Positions 1 through 18,760 of a DNA stretch of 64,000 nucleotides are shown here, piece by piece (the first letter of the stretch is position 1; the number at the start of each line of letters is the position of its first letter). Source of the stretch: Macrostomum lignano (taxonomy: Eukaryota); the NCBI GenBank assembly GCA_002269645.1, contig NIVC01002899.1, forward strand, positions 1 through 64,000, in the 5' to 3' direction. Below the pieces are notes generated by a model. That model was given only the letters and a program-made list of their open reading frames with translations. It was not told the origin of the DNA and did no database searches. The position numbers and the translations under genes were made by a program.

Positions 1-3000
1 ATTACGCTTTTTCTATCAGCGATCCCTCCCGTGAGGAGCCAACAAATAATGAAAAAAAAGTTTTCAATAGACTACATGTAGCTTCTGATTATAGCTTATG
101 AACTCATTTCCCCATGAGCCTTGACATCTCAGCTATTCCCTCGTAAGCCTTGAAATGTCAGCAATGCCCCCATAAACCTTGATATCTGAAAATCCCCTGT
201 TAACCTTGAAACCCGCTAAAAATCTAACCTCAACCCACACCGGAACTAAACCTAACTTTAACCAACCTAAAACCTTGAAATCTCAGCAATTCTTCTCCCA
301 AAGCCTTGACATTTTAGTGATTCCTTCTTTAAGAATCACAGCACTATAGCGATTCCCTCCAAGCCTTGACATCGTAGCATTCCCAAATGAATATTTTAAC
401 TTCGATATGACTCTTTTTTATGTATACATAGTGCTTCTTTTCTTTACATGACTCTTTCTTCTATCAGCGCCCCCCCCGTGCGAGCCAACAAAGAAGGTAA
501 TAAAAATAAAAAAAATTGAGTAAACTACATGTACTTTGAAGTAGCTTCTGACTTTTGCTTTGACATCTCAGAAACCCCCCCCCTAATCTCAGTTATTCTC
601 CGTGAGCCTTGACATCTCAGTAATTCTCCCCAGCACAGCACAATAGCTTCATTTAATTTTTACATGACACTTCTTTCATGTCTGACATGACGCTTCTTTG
701 ATTTTTACATGATGACGCTTCTATGATTTTAAAATGACACTTCCATTGTTTTTATATAAGGCTTCTATGATTTTTTACATGACGCTTCTATGATTTCTTA
801 AATGACACTTCCATAGTTTTTATATAAGTTTTGTAATAAGTTTTGTATAAGTTTTTGTAATTACATGACGCTTCTACATTGTTTACATGACGTTTCTATG
901 ATGTTTTTACATGACGCTTCTATGATCTTTTACATGACGCTTCTATGATTTTTTACATGACGCTTTTATGATTTTTACATGACGTTTCTATGACTTTTTT
1001 ACATGACGCTTCTATGATTTTTTTAAATGACGCTTCTAGGTTTTTAAATGACGCTTCTAGGATTTTTACATGACGCTTATATGATTGTTTACATGACGCT
1101 TCTATGATTTTCTACATGACGTTTCTATGATTTTTTACATGACGCTTCTATGACTTTTTTACATGACGCTTCTATGATTGTTTACATGACGCTTCTATGA
1201 TTTTTTAAATGACGCTTCTATGATTTTTATATGACGCTTCTACGATTGTTTACATGACGCTTTTATGATTGTTTACATGACGCTTCTATACTTTTTTTAC
1301 ATGACGCTTGTATGATTTTTTACATGACGCTTCTATGATTTTTATATGACGCTTCTACGATTGTTTACATGACGCTTCTATGATTATTTACATGACGCTT
1401 CGATTTTTTTACATGACTCTTCTATGATTTTTTACATGACGCTTCTATGATTGTTTACATGACGCTTCTATGATTGTTTACATGACGCTTCAATGATTCT
1501 TTAAATGACGCATTTATGATTTTTATATGACGCTTCTATGATTTTTTAAATGACGCTTTTATGATTTTTACATGACGCTTCTATGATGTCTACATGACAC
1601 TTCTATGATGGTTTACATGACGCTTTCTATGATGGTTTACATGACGCTTCTATGATTTTTTACATGACGCTTCTATGATTGTTTACAGGACGCTTCTATG
1701 ATTGTTTACATGACGCTTCTATGACTTTTTTACATGACGCTTCTATGATTTTTTTAAATGACGCTTAGGTTTTTAAATGACGCTTCTACGATTTTTACAT
1801 GACGCTTCTATGATTGTTTACATGACGCTTCTATGATTTTTTCTACATGACGTTTCTATGATTTTTTACATGACGCTTCTATGACTTTTTTACATGACGC
1901 TTCTATGATTGTTTACATGACGCTTCTATGATTTTTTAAATGACGCTTCTATGATTTTTTATATGACGCTTCTACGATTGTTTACATGACGCTTTTATGA
2001 TTGTTTACATGACGCTATACTTTTTTTTACATGACGCTTGTATGATTTTTTTACATGACGCTTCTATGATTTTTATATGACGCTTCTACGATTGTTTACA
2101 TGACGCTTCTATGATTATTTACATGACGCTTCGATTTTTTTACATGACTCTTCTATGATTTTTTACATGACGCTTCTATGATTGTTTACATGACGCTTCT
2201 ATGATTGTTTACATGACGCTTCAATGATTCTTTAAATGACGCATTTATGATTTTTATATGACGCTTCTATGATTTTTTAAAATGACGCTTTTATGATTTT
2301 TACATGACGCTTCTATGATTGTCTACATGACACTTCTATGATGGTTTACATGACGCTTCTATGATGGTTTACATGACGCTTCTATGATTTTTTTACATGA
2401 CGCTTCTATGATTGTTTACAGGACGCTTCTATGATTGTTTACATGACGCTTCTATGACTTTTTTACATGACGCTTCTATGATTTTTTTAAATGACGCTTC
2501 TAGGTTTTTAAATGACGCTTCTACGATTTTTACATGACGCTTCTATGATGTTTACATGACGCTTCTATGATTTTTCTACATGACGTTCTATGATTTTTTA
2601 CATGACGCTTCTATGACTTTTTTACATGACGCTTCTATGATTGTTTACATGACGCTTCTATGATTTTTTAAATGACGCTTCTATGATTTTTATATGACGC
2701 TTCTACGATTGTTTACATGACGCTTTTTATGATTGTTTACATGACGCTTCTATACTTTTTTTACATGACGCTTGTATGATTTTTTTACATGACGCTTCTA
2801 TGATTTTTATATGACGCTTCTACGATTGTTTACATGACGCTTCTATGATTATTTACATGACGCTTCGATTTTTTTACATGACTCTTCTATGATTTTTTAC
2901 ATGACGCTTCTATGATTGTTTACATGACGCTTCTATGATTGTTTACATGACGCTTCAATGATTCTTTAAATGACGCATTTATGATTTTTATATGACGCTT

Positions 3001-3686
3001 CTATGATTTTTTAAATGACGCTTCTACGATTTTTTACATGACGCTTCTATGATTTTTACATGACGATTCTTTTTAAAAGTCTTTTAGTTTTCCTGACGTT
3101 GAAAAGCTTTAATTAAAAAAATTATACACTATGAAAATTCGCACCATCGTCGCTGCATTTAGCAGTTCAATTTGTTCACCTCTAGGCTAGCTCTCATCGT
3201 TTTGATATCATCAAATTTCATTTTTCACTTATATAATTCAACACTCTAAAATCCAAGCATAGAGTAAATCACACGAAGCAGTTATGACATAATCAGTTTC
3301 TCAGTCAGTCAGTATCAGTTAACAATATGGTTACGCAATTTAAATCAAGTCTGGTGCTACGCTTCACACTGCATTTTCAATTCAAGTCGAAGTTACAATT
3401 CAGTTATGATGCAATCTATTTCAGAGTCAGAATTCAACCAGTCAGTTTTTTCTCTAGCATTCTTACAATGCATTTCAAGTCGAAAAGTTTGCTTGACCTT
3501 TGCAAAAAAGCATGTTTTTCGAATTTTTAATGCCTTTAGCATCGAGCAATTTCTTAGCCACGATGCATGTACAGTCACGGGAAAATTTCTGATCGAACAG
3601 TGCAAGTTCGAACAAAATCGGTCCAGCCATTTTTTCTCTAATCGATCACATAGACACAGACAGACCATTTTTAGTATATTGGAGGA
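1..3686 (-). mobile_element. Non-autonomous Helitron A1 (3' end lies outside the window)
   Basis: The minus-strand 5' end reads A|TCCTCCAATATACTAAAA at 3686. 1-700 and 3070-3600 are near-copies of 16861-17560 and 18765-19290. It holds a central 21-22 bp array and has no coding ORF. Confidence 0.7.
850..3065. repeat. ~21-22 bp minisatellite (TTTTTACATGACGCTTCTATGA) with a ~730-bp higher-order repeat
   Basis: Visible tandem units. The variant CAATGATTCTTTAAATGACGCAT recurs at ~1491, ~2222 and ~2957. Confidence 0.95.
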
Positions 3687-3847
3687 TAATAGTTATTTAC
3701 TAGCAATCTTCGCCCCCCGATGGGGGACATCTGGATAGAATCTCTGTTTTCTACAAGTAACAAAAAGACAGCCAAAAATCCTTCAAAAAGACAACAGACA
3801 AACTGCTCAAATGAAGTGCATTGCAAAAAGAAATCATCCCAAGACTG

Positions 3848-4232
3848 CAAGCATCCCCCAGATAGCAAGCATCCCCAAGATAGCAAGCATCCCCCAGATA
3901 GCAAGCATCCCCAAGATAGCAAGCATCCCCCAGATAGCAAGCATCCCCAAGATAGCAAGCATCCGCCAGATAGCAAGCATCCCCCAGATAGCAAGCATCC
4001 CCAAGATAGCAAGCATCCCCCAGATAGCAAGCATCGCCCAGATAGCAAGCATCCCCAGATAGCAAGCATCCCCCAGATAGCAAGCATCCCCCAGATAGCA
4101 AGCATCCTCAGATAGCAAGCATCCCCAGATAGCAAGCATCCCCAAGATAGCAAGCATCCCCCAGATAGCAAGCATCCCCAAGATAGTAAGCATCCCCAAG
4201 ATAGATAGCATCCCCAAATAGCAAGCATCCAC
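3848..4232. repeat. 18-bp minisatellite (GATAGCAAGCATCCCCCA), copy 1
   Basis: Tandem units; these produce the spurious SKHPPD/QIASIP ORFs. Confidence 0.95.
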
Positions 4233-4329
4233 CAGACAATAAGTAGCTAGTGCGACAATTTCCTTAGCATTATAGCGGCTCCTTTAAAATTCGCTTACTT
4301 TTACGTTTGAAATTGTGTATCTTTTATGT

Positions 4330-7300
4330 TTAACAGGGTGGCTCTTTTATGTTATACATTGTGGCTCTTTTATGTATACATTGTGGCTCTTTTATGTTAT
4401 ACATTGTGGCTCTTTTTGTTCTACGCTCGTACATGGTAACTCTTTATGTTTGATACGGTGGCTTTTCAATGTCTGACATGGTGGCTCTTCTATGTTTGAC
4501 ATGGGGCTCTTCTATGTTTGACAAAGTGGCTTTTTAATGTTTAACATGGTGGCTCTTTAATGTTTTACATGGTGGCACTTTCATGTTTGACCTGGTGGCT
4601 CTTTAATGTTTGACATGGTGGCTTTTTAATATTTGACATGGTGGCACTTTCATGTTTGACCTGGTGGGTCTTTAATGTTTGACATGGTACCTCTTTTATG
4701 TTCTACATGGTGGCTCTTTTATGTTCGACATGGTGGCTCTTTAATGTTTTACATGGTGGCTCTTTAATGTTTGACATGGTGACTCCTTTATGTTCTACAT
4801 GGTGGCTCTTTTATGTTCGACATGGTGGCTCTTTAATGTTTGACATGGTGGCTCTTTTAGGTTTGAAATGGTGGCTCTTTAATGCTTGACATGGTGGCTC
4901 TTTTAGGTTTAAAATGGTGGCTCTTTAATATTTGACAAGGTGGCTCTTTAATGTTTGATAAATAGTGGCTCTTTAATTTTCGAAATGTTGGCTGTTTTAT
5001 GTTTGACATGGTGGCTCTTTAATGTTCGACATGGTGTCTGTTTTATGTTTGACATGGTGGCTCTTTAATGTTTGACATGGTGGCTCTTTATTGTTTGACA
5101 TGGTGGCTCTTTAATTTTCGAAATGTTGGCTGTTTTATGTTTGACATGGTGGCTCTTTAATGTTCGACATGGTGGCTCTTTTATGTTTTGCATGGTGGCT
5201 CTTTTATGTTCGACATGGTGTCTCTTCAATGTTTGACATGGAGTCATGTATATGTTTGACATGGTGGCTCTTGTATTTTTAACATGTTGGCTCTTTAATG
5301 TTCGACATGGTGGCTCTTTAATGTTCGACATGGTGGCTCTTTAATGTCTAACATGGAGTCACGTATATGTTTGACATGGAGTCATGTATATGTCTGATAT
5401 GGTAGCTCTTTAATGTTTTACATGGAGTCACGTATATGTTTCACATGGTGGCTATTTTATGTATGACATGGTGGTTCTTAAATGTTCGACATGGTGGCTC
5501 TTTAATGTTTTACATGGTGGCACTTTCATGTTTGACCTGGTGGCTCTTTAATGTTTGACATGGTGGCTCTTTAATATTTGACATGGTGGCCCTTTTATGT
5601 TCGACATGGTGGCTCTTTAATGTTTGAAATGGAGTCATGTATATGTTTGACCTGGTGGCTCTTTAATGTTTGACATGGTGGCTCTTTTATGTTTTACATG
5701 GTGGCACTTTCATGTTTGACCTGGTGGCTCTTTAATGTTTGACATGGTGGTTTTTTAATATTTGATATGGTGGCACTTTCATGTTTGACCTGGTGGGTCT
5801 TTAATGTTTGACATGGTACCTCTTTTATGTTCGACATGGTGGCTCTTTAATGTTTTACATGGTGGCTCTTTTAGGTTTGACATGGTGACTCTTTTATGTT
5901 CTACATGGCGGCTCTTTTATGTTCGACATGGTGGCTCTTTAATGTTTGACATGGTGGCTCTTTTAGGTTTGAAATGGTGGCTCTTTAATATTTGACAAGG
6001 TGGCTCTTTAATGTTTGATAAATGGTGGCTCTTTCATTTTCGAAATGGTATCTGTTTTATGTTTGACATGGTGGCTCTTTAATGTTCGACATGGTGGCTC
6101 TTTAATGTTTGACATAGTGGCTCTTTAATTTTCGAAATGGTGGCTCTGTTTTATGTTTGACATGGTGGCTCTTTAATGTTCTTAATGGTGTCTGTTTTAT
6201 GTTTGACATGGTGGCTCTTTAATGTTCGACATGGTGGCTCTTTAATGTTTTGACATGGTGGCTCTTTAATTTTCGAAATGTTGGCTGTTTTATGTTTGAC
6301 ATGGTGGCTCTTTAATGTTCGACATGGTGGCTCTTTAATGTTCTTAATGGTGTCTGTTTTATGTTTGACATGGTGGCTCTTTAATGTTTGACATGGTGGC
6401 TCTTTAATATTTGACATGGTGGCTCTTTTAGGTTTGAAATGGTGTCTCTTTAATGTTTGACATTGTCGCTCTTTAATGTTTGACATTGTCGCTCTTTAAT
6501 GTTGGACATGGTGGCTTTTTAATGTTTGACATGGTGGCTCTTTTAGGTTTGAAATGGTGGCTCTTTAATGTTTGACATTGTGGCTCTTTAATGTTTGACA
6601 TGGTGGCTCTTTAATGTTTGACATGGTAACTCTTTTATGTTTGATATGGTGGCTCTTTTATGTTCGACATGGTGGCTCTTTAATGTTCGACATGGTGGCT
6701 CTTTAATGTTCGACATGGTGGCTCTTTTATGTTCGACGTGGTGGCTCTTTAATGTTTGACATGGTGGCTCTTTTAGGTTTGAAATGGTGGCTCTTTAATA
6801 TTTGACAAGGTGGCTCTTTAATGTTTGATAAATGGTGGCTCTTTCATTTTCGAAATGGTATCTGTTTTATGTTTGACATGGTGGCTCTTTAATGTTCGAC
6901 ATGGTGGCTCTTTAATGTTTGACATAGTGGCTCTTTAATTTTCGAAATGGTGGCTCTGTTTTATGTTTGACATGGTGGCTCTTTAATGTTCTTAATGGTG
7001 TCTGTTTTATGTTTGACATGGTGGCTCTTTAATGTTCGACATGGTGGCTCTTTAATGTTTTGACATGGTGGCTCTTTAATTTTCGAAATGTTGGCTGTTT
7101 TATGTTTGACATGGTGGCTCTTTAATGTTCGACATGGTGGCTCTTTAATGTTCTTAATGGTGTCTGTTTTATGTTTGACATGGTGGCTCTTTAATGTTCG
7201 ACATGGTGGCTCTTTAATGTTTGACATAGTGGCTCTTTAATTTTCGAAATGTTGGCTGTTTTATGTTTGACATGGTGGCTCTTTAATGTTCGACATGGTG

Positions 7301-7735
7301 GCTCTTTAATGTTCTTAATGGTGTCTGTTTTATGTTTGACATGGTGGCTCTTTAATGTTCGACATGGTGGCTCTTTAATATTTGACATGGTGGCTCTTTA
7401 ATGTTTGACATTGTCGCTCTTTAATGTTTGACATTGTCGCTCTTTAATGTTGGACATGGTGGCTTTTTAATGTTTGACATGGTGGCTCTTTTAGGTTTGA
7501 AATGGTGGCTCTTTAATGTTTGACATTGTGGCTCTTTAATGTTTGACATGGTGGCTCTTTAATGTTCGACATGGTGGCTCTTTAATGTTCAACATGGTGG
7601 CTCTTTTAGGTTTGAAAAGGTGGCTCTTTAATGTTCTTAATGGTAACTCTTTTATGTTTGACATGTAGTCATGTATATGTTTGACATGGTGGCTCTTTTA
7701 TGTTTGACATGTAGTCACGTATATGTTTGACATGA
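4330..7735. repeat. ~22-bp minisatellite (TTTAATGTTTGACATGGTGGCTC), block 1
   Basis: Tandem units inside Helitron B. Confidence 0.95.
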
Positions 7736-7837
7736 CATAGAATCTCTGTTCTCTACAAGTAACAAAAAGACAGCCAAATAAAGCCTTCACAAAGACGACA
7801 GACAAACTGCTCGAAAAAGTGTAATGCAAAAAGAAAT

Positions 7838-8045
7838 CATCCCCCAGATAGCAAGCATCCCCCAGATTGCAAGCATCCCCCAGATAGCAAGCATCCCCCA
7901 GATTGCAAGCATCCCCCAGATAGCAAGCACCCCCCAGATTGCAAGCATCCCCCAGATAGCAAGCATCCCCCAGATTGCAAGCATCCCCCCTCCCGGATAG
8001 CAAGCATCCCCCGGATAGCAAGCATCCCCAAATAGTAAGCATCCA
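7838..8045. repeat. 18-bp minisatellite, copy 2 (internal duplication of the Helitron B block)
   Basis: The flank ATAGAATCTCTGTT.TCTACAAGTAACAAAAAGACAGCC at ~3737 recurs at ~7737. Confidence 0.9.
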
Positions 8046-8139
8046 CCATACAATAAGTAGCTAGTGCTACAATTTCCTTAGCTATAGTGGCTCCTTTAAA
8101 ATTAGCATGACGCTTACTTTTACGCTTGAAATTGTGTAA

Positions 8140-10660
8140 ATTTTATGTTTGACATGGTGGCTCTTTAATGTTTGACATGGTGGCTCTTTTATGTTCTACA
8201 TGGTGGCTCTCTTATGTTTGATTCGGGGTTTTTTAATGTCTGACATGGTGTCTGTTTATTGTTTCACATAGTGGCTCTTTTATGTTTGACATGGTGGCTC
8301 TTTAATGTTAGACATGGTGGCTCTTTAATGTTTGACATGGTGGCTCTTTAATGTTAGACATGATGGCTTTTTAATGTTCGACATCGTGGCTCATTAATGT
8401 TCGACATGGTGGCTCTTTAATGTTCGACATGGTGGCTCTTTAATGTTCGACATGGTGGCTCTTTTATGTTTGACATGGTGGCTCTTTTATGTTTGACATG
8501 ATGGCTCTTTTATGTTTGACATGGAGTCACGTATATGTTTGACATGGTGGCTCTTTTATGTTTGACATGGTGGCTCTTTAATGTCTTACGTGGTGGCTCT
8601 TTAATGTTCTTCATGGTAGCTCTTTTATGTTTGACATGGAGTCACGAATATACTTGACATGGTGACTCGTTATTGTTCGACATGGTGGCTCTTTAATGTT
8701 AGACATGGTGGCTCTTTAATGTTTGACATGATGGCTCTTTAATGTTTGACATGGTGGCTCTTTTATGCTTGACATGGTGGCTCTTTACTGTTTGACATGG
8801 AGTCATATATGTTTGACGTGGTGGCTCTTTTATTTTTGACATGGTGGCTGTTTTATGTTTGACATGGTGGCTCTTTAATGTTCGACATGGTGGCTCTTTA
8901 ATGTTTGACATGGTGGCTCTTTTATGTTTGACATGGAGTCACGTATATGTTTGACATGATGGCTCTTTTATGTTTGACATGGAGTCACGTATATGTTTGA
9001 CATGGTGGCTCTTTTATGTTTGACATGGTGGCTTTTTTATGTTTTACATGGTGGCTCTTTAATGTTAGACATGGTGGCTCTTTAATGTTCGACATGGTGG
9101 CTCTTTAATGTTCGACATGGTGGCTCTTTAATGTTAGACATGGTGGCTCTTTAATGTTCGACATGGTGGCTCTTTAATGTTAGACATAGTGGCTCTTTAA
9201 TGTTCGACATGGTGGCTCTTTAATGTTAGACATGATGGCTCTTTAATGATTTACATTGCGGCTCTTTAATGTTTGACATGGTGGCTCTTTAATGTTCGAC
9301 ATGGTGGCTCTTTTATGCTTGACATGGTGGCTCTTTACTGTTTGACATGGAGTCACATATATGTTTGACATGGTGGCTCTTTTATGTTTGACATGGTGGC
9401 TGTTTTATGTTTGACATGGTGGCTCTTTAATGTTTGACATTGTGGCTCTTTAATGTTTGACATGGTGGCTCTTTTATGTTCGACATTGTGGTTCTTTTAT
9501 GTTCGACATGGTGGCTCTTTTATGTTCGACATGGTGGCTCTTTTATGTTTGACATGGTGGCTCTTTATTGTTCGACATGGTGGCTCTTTAATGTTCAAAA
9601 TGGTGGCTCTTTTATGTTGGACATGGTTGCTCTTTAATGTTCGACATGGTGGCTCTATAATGTTAGACATGGTGGCTTTTTAATGTTCGACATGGTGCCT
9701 CTTTAATGTTCGACATGGTGGTCCTTTTATGTTTGACATGGTGGCTCTTTAATGTTTGACATGGAGTCACATATATGTTGGACATGGTGGCTCTTTAATG
9801 TTCGACATGGTGGCTCTTTAATGTTTGACATGGTGTTTCTTTAATGTTCCACATGGTGGCTCTTTAATGTTTGACATTGTGGCTCTTTAATGTTTGACAT
9901 GGTGGCTCTTTTATGTTCGACATTGTGGTTCTTTTATGTTCGACATGGTGGCTCTTAACTGTTTGACATAGAGTCACATATTTGTTTGACATGGTGGCTC
10001 TTTTATGTTTGACATGGTGGCTCTTTTTGTTTGACATGGTGGCTCTTTAATGTTTGACATGGTGGCTCTTTAATTTTTGAAATGGTGGCTGTTTTATGTT
10101 TGACATGGTGGCTCTTTAATTTTTAACATGGTGACTCTTTTATGTTCGATATGGTGGCTCTTTTATGTTCGACATGGTGGCTTCTTTAGGTTTGAAATGG
10201 TGGCTCTTTAATGTTTAACATTGTGGCTCTTTAATGTTTGACATGGTGGCTTTTCTATGTTCGACATGGTGGCTCTTGTATGTTGGACATGGTGGCTCTT
10301 TTAATGGTCGACATGGTGGCTCTTTAATGTTCTTCATGTTGGCTCTTTTATGTTTGACATGGTGGCTTTTTTATGTTTGACATGGTTGCTCTTTTATGTT
10401 TGACATGGTGGCTCTTTTATGTTCGACATGGTCGCTCTTTTAGGTTTGAAATGGTGGCTCTTTAATATTCGACAAGGTGGCCCTTTAATGTTTAACATGG
10501 TGGCTCTTTAATTTTCGAAATGGTGGCTGTTTTATGTTTGACATGGTGGCTCTTTTATGTGTGACATGGTGGCTCTTTAATGTTAAACATGGTGGCTCTT
10601 TAATGTTCGACATTGTGGCTCTTAATTTAATGTTCAACATGGTGGCTCTTCTATGTTTGG
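8140..10660. repeat. ~22-bp minisatellite, block 2
   Basis: Same unit as 4330-7735. Confidence 0.95.
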
Positions 10661-10724
10661 CATTGCGCGTTTTTATGTTTAGCATTTGGTGTTTTTTTAA
10701 GTGTTTTAATAAAAAAATTTCTTT

Positions 10725-10792
10725 GCACTACTAAGATTCGAACCCAGGTCGCTACATTTGCAGTCCAGTCTGTTCGCATCTTGGCTATCTCT
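10725..10792 (-). other. Degenerate tRNA-like (A/B box) segment inside Helitron B
   Basis: Minus strand reads ATAGCCAAGATG...GACTGCAAAT...CCTGGGTTCGAATC. The acceptor stem is not intact. Confidence 0.4.
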
Positions 10793-11428
10793 TTTCAATT
10801 GGAGAACTTGAATTGTGGCCCTTATAATTAAATTCTTATAGCAAATCGGTTAGAGTAAAAAGTTATGACATAATCAATTTCTCAGTCAGCCAGTATCAGT
10901 CTCAATTCAAGTTAGCAATATGGTTACGCAATTACAATCAAGTCTTGTGTGCATTTTTTCGACACTGTTTTCATCTTTTTGTGATGCAATCTTTATCAGA
11001 ATTGAAATGCAGTCAGTCAGTTTTTTCTCTAGCATTTTTACAATGCATTTCAGGTCGAAAGAGCTGCTTGACCTTTGCAAAAAAGCATGTTTTTCGAATA
11101 ATTAATCCCTTTAAAATTGAGCAATTTCTTAGCCAAGATGCATGTACCGTCCCAGGAAAATTTCTGATCGAATGGTGCAAGTTTGAAGAAAATCGGTTGA
11201 GCCAATTTTTCTGAAATCAATCGCATACCCATATACAGACAACTCATTTTTAGTATATAGGACTAGCAATCTACGCCCCCCGTTGGGGAGCCAAATAAAT
11301 GCAATACACGTTTTTTTAATAAGCTACATGTACTTACTTACTTACTACTTACTACTGACGGGGGGCGCAGGCGCCGCGAATAGGCCGCGAGGCCCCTATC
11401 GCAACCCCAAGGTAAAAGAGCACAAGGA

Positions 11429-16308
<4,880 letters not shown>

Positions 16309-16659
16309 TTATCCCAGGATTGCTCCCAGGCGAGGCTCCGGCAGGCCCCCGGTCCACACTCTGCAAGATCAGGGGGCGGGAGGCCGGCTGCGGGCTTGGG
16401 ACACAGGCGCCAGGTCGAGTTGACAGCCGACGCCCGAGCCCTCCCCCACAAGAGCGGCCCTCGAGAACCCGTGTGGTACATGTACATGTACAAGCTACAT
16501 GTATCCTTGAAATCTTAAAAAATCTCCTGTCAAACCTTGTAAGCCTTGACATGTCAGTAATTCCCCCCCCCCACAAGCTTTGACATATCAACTTCCCCCC
16601 TTGACATCTCAGCAATGCCCCCAATAAGCCTTGGAAATCTAAAAATATCTGTCAACCTT

Positions 16660-16722
16660 CTAACCCTAGCCTAACCCTAACCCTAACCCTAGCCCTAACC
16701 CTAACCCTAACCCTAACCTAAC
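16660..16722 (-). repeat. Interstitial telomere-type (TTAGGG)n tract in Helitron A2
   Basis: About 10 CCCTAA/CCCTAG units on the plus strand. Confidence 0.9.
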
Positions 16723-17564
16723 ATTGAAATTTCAGTAATTCTCTCTAAGAGTCACTATAGCACTACTACAGAATTATAGCGATTTCCTGCAAGCCTCGAC
16801 ATCGTAGGGATTCCCAAATGAATCTCTTAACTTCGACATGAAGCTTCTTTTATTTTTTACATTACGCTTTTTTTATCAGCGATCCCTCCCCTGAGGAGGC
16901 ATCAAATAATGTAATAAAAAGTTTTCAATAAACTACATGTAGCTTCTGACTTTAGCCTTGAAATCTCATTTATACCCCGTGAGCCTTGACATCTCAGCTA
17001 TTCCCCCCGTAAGCCTTAACATGTCAGCGATGGCCTCCATAAACCTTGAAATCTAAAAAATCCCCTGTTATTCTGTTAACCTTGAAACCCGATAAAATAT
17101 AACCCTCAACCCACACCTGACCTAAACCTAACTTTAACCCAACCTAAAGCCTTGAAATCTCAGCAATTCTTCTCCCCTAAGCCTTGACATTTTAGTGATT
17201 CCTTCTTTAAGAATCACAGCACTATAACGATTTCCACCAAGCTTTGACATCGTAGCAATTCCCAAATGAATCTTTTAACTTGAACATGACTTTTCTTTTA
17301 TGTATAGCTCGTACATACGCTCGTAGTGCTACTTTTATTTTTTACATGACTCTTCTTCTATAAGCGCCTCCCGTGGCGAGCCAACAAAGAATGCAATAAA
17401 AAAATTGAGTAAAGTACATGAACTTTGAAGTAGCTTCTGACTTTTGCTTTGACATCTCAGAAACCCCCCCCCCGTAATCTCAGCAGTTATTCTCTGAGAG
17501 CCTTTACGTCTCAGTTTTTCTCCCCAGCACAGCATTATAGCTGCATTTAATTTTTGATTTTTAT

Positions 17565-18760
17565 GATTTTCTATGATTTTTAAATGACGCTTCTACGATT
17601 TTTACATGACGCTTCTATGATTTTTTACATGACGCTTCTATGATTTTTTACATGACGCTTCTATGATTGTTTACATGACGCTTCTATGATTTTTTAAATG
17701 ACGCTTCTATGATTGTTTACATGACGCTTCTATGATTGTTTACATGACGCTTCTATGATTTTTTACATGACGCTTCTATGATTGTTTACATGACGCTTCT
17801 ATGATTGTTTACATGACGCTTCTATGATTGTTTACATGACGCTTCTATGCTTTCTACATGACGCTTCTATGCTTTTTACATGACGCTTCTATGCTTTTTA
17901 CATGACGCTTCTATGATTGTTTACATGACGCTTCTATGATTTTTTCATGACGCTTCTATGATTGTTTACATGACACTTCTATGATTTTTTACATGACGCT
18001 TCTATGATTTTTTTACATGACGCTTCTATGATTCTTTACATGACGCTTCTATGATTGTTTACATGACGCTACTATGATTTTTTTACATGATGCTTCTATG
18101 ATTGTTTACATGACGCTTCTATGATTGTTTACATGACGCTTCTATGATTTTTTCATGACGCTTCTGTGATTGTTTACATGACGCTTCTATGATTGTTTAC
18201 ATGATGCTTTTATGATTGCTTACATGACGCTTCTATGATTGTTTACATGACGCTTCTATGATTGTTTACATGACGCTTCTATGATTGTTTACATGACGCT
18301 TCTATGATTGTTTACATGACTCTTCTATGATTTTTTACATGACGCTTCTATGGTTGTTTACATGACGCTTCTATGATTTTTACATGACGCTTCTATGATT
18401 TTTTATATGACGCTTCTATGATTTTTTTAAATGATGCATCTATGATTTTTATATGACGCTTCTATGATTTTTTACATGACGCTTCTATGATTGTTTACAT
18501 GACGCTTCCATGATTTTTTAAATGACGCATCTATGATTTTTGCATGACGCTTCTATGATTTTTTAAATGACGCTTCTACGATTTTTTACATGACGCTTCT
18601 ATGATTGTTTACATGACGCTTCTATGATTGTTTACATGACGCTTCTATGATTGTTTACATGACGCTTCTATGATTTTTATATGACGCTTCTATAATTTTT
18701 TATATGACGCTTCTACGATTTTTTACATGACGCTACTATGATTTTTACATGACGCTTCTT
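17565..18760. repeat. ~21-bp minisatellite of Helitron A2
   Basis: Same unit as 850-3065, more homogeneous. Confidence 0.95.

Larger units (their letters stand above)
3700..11262 (-). mobile_element. Non-autonomous Helitron B, complete (~7.6 kb)
   Basis: Minus-strand 5' end TCCTATATACTAAAA at 11262. The 3' end is the hairpin CCCCC-ATCG-GGGGG, ~10 nt, then CTAG (3703-3700) followed by T. The 5' ~400 bp is homologous to Helitron A (10855-11260 vs 3260-3680). Confidence 0.75.

Noticed and set aside
850-10660. CRISPR-like appearance of ~22-bp repeats
   Set aside because: Contiguous tandem units without unique spacers, no cas genes, eukaryotic context.
3671-10734. Many short repetitive ORFs (SKHPPD, NIKEPP, FDMVAL)
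   Set aside because: Open frames of minisatellites; no protein-family signal.
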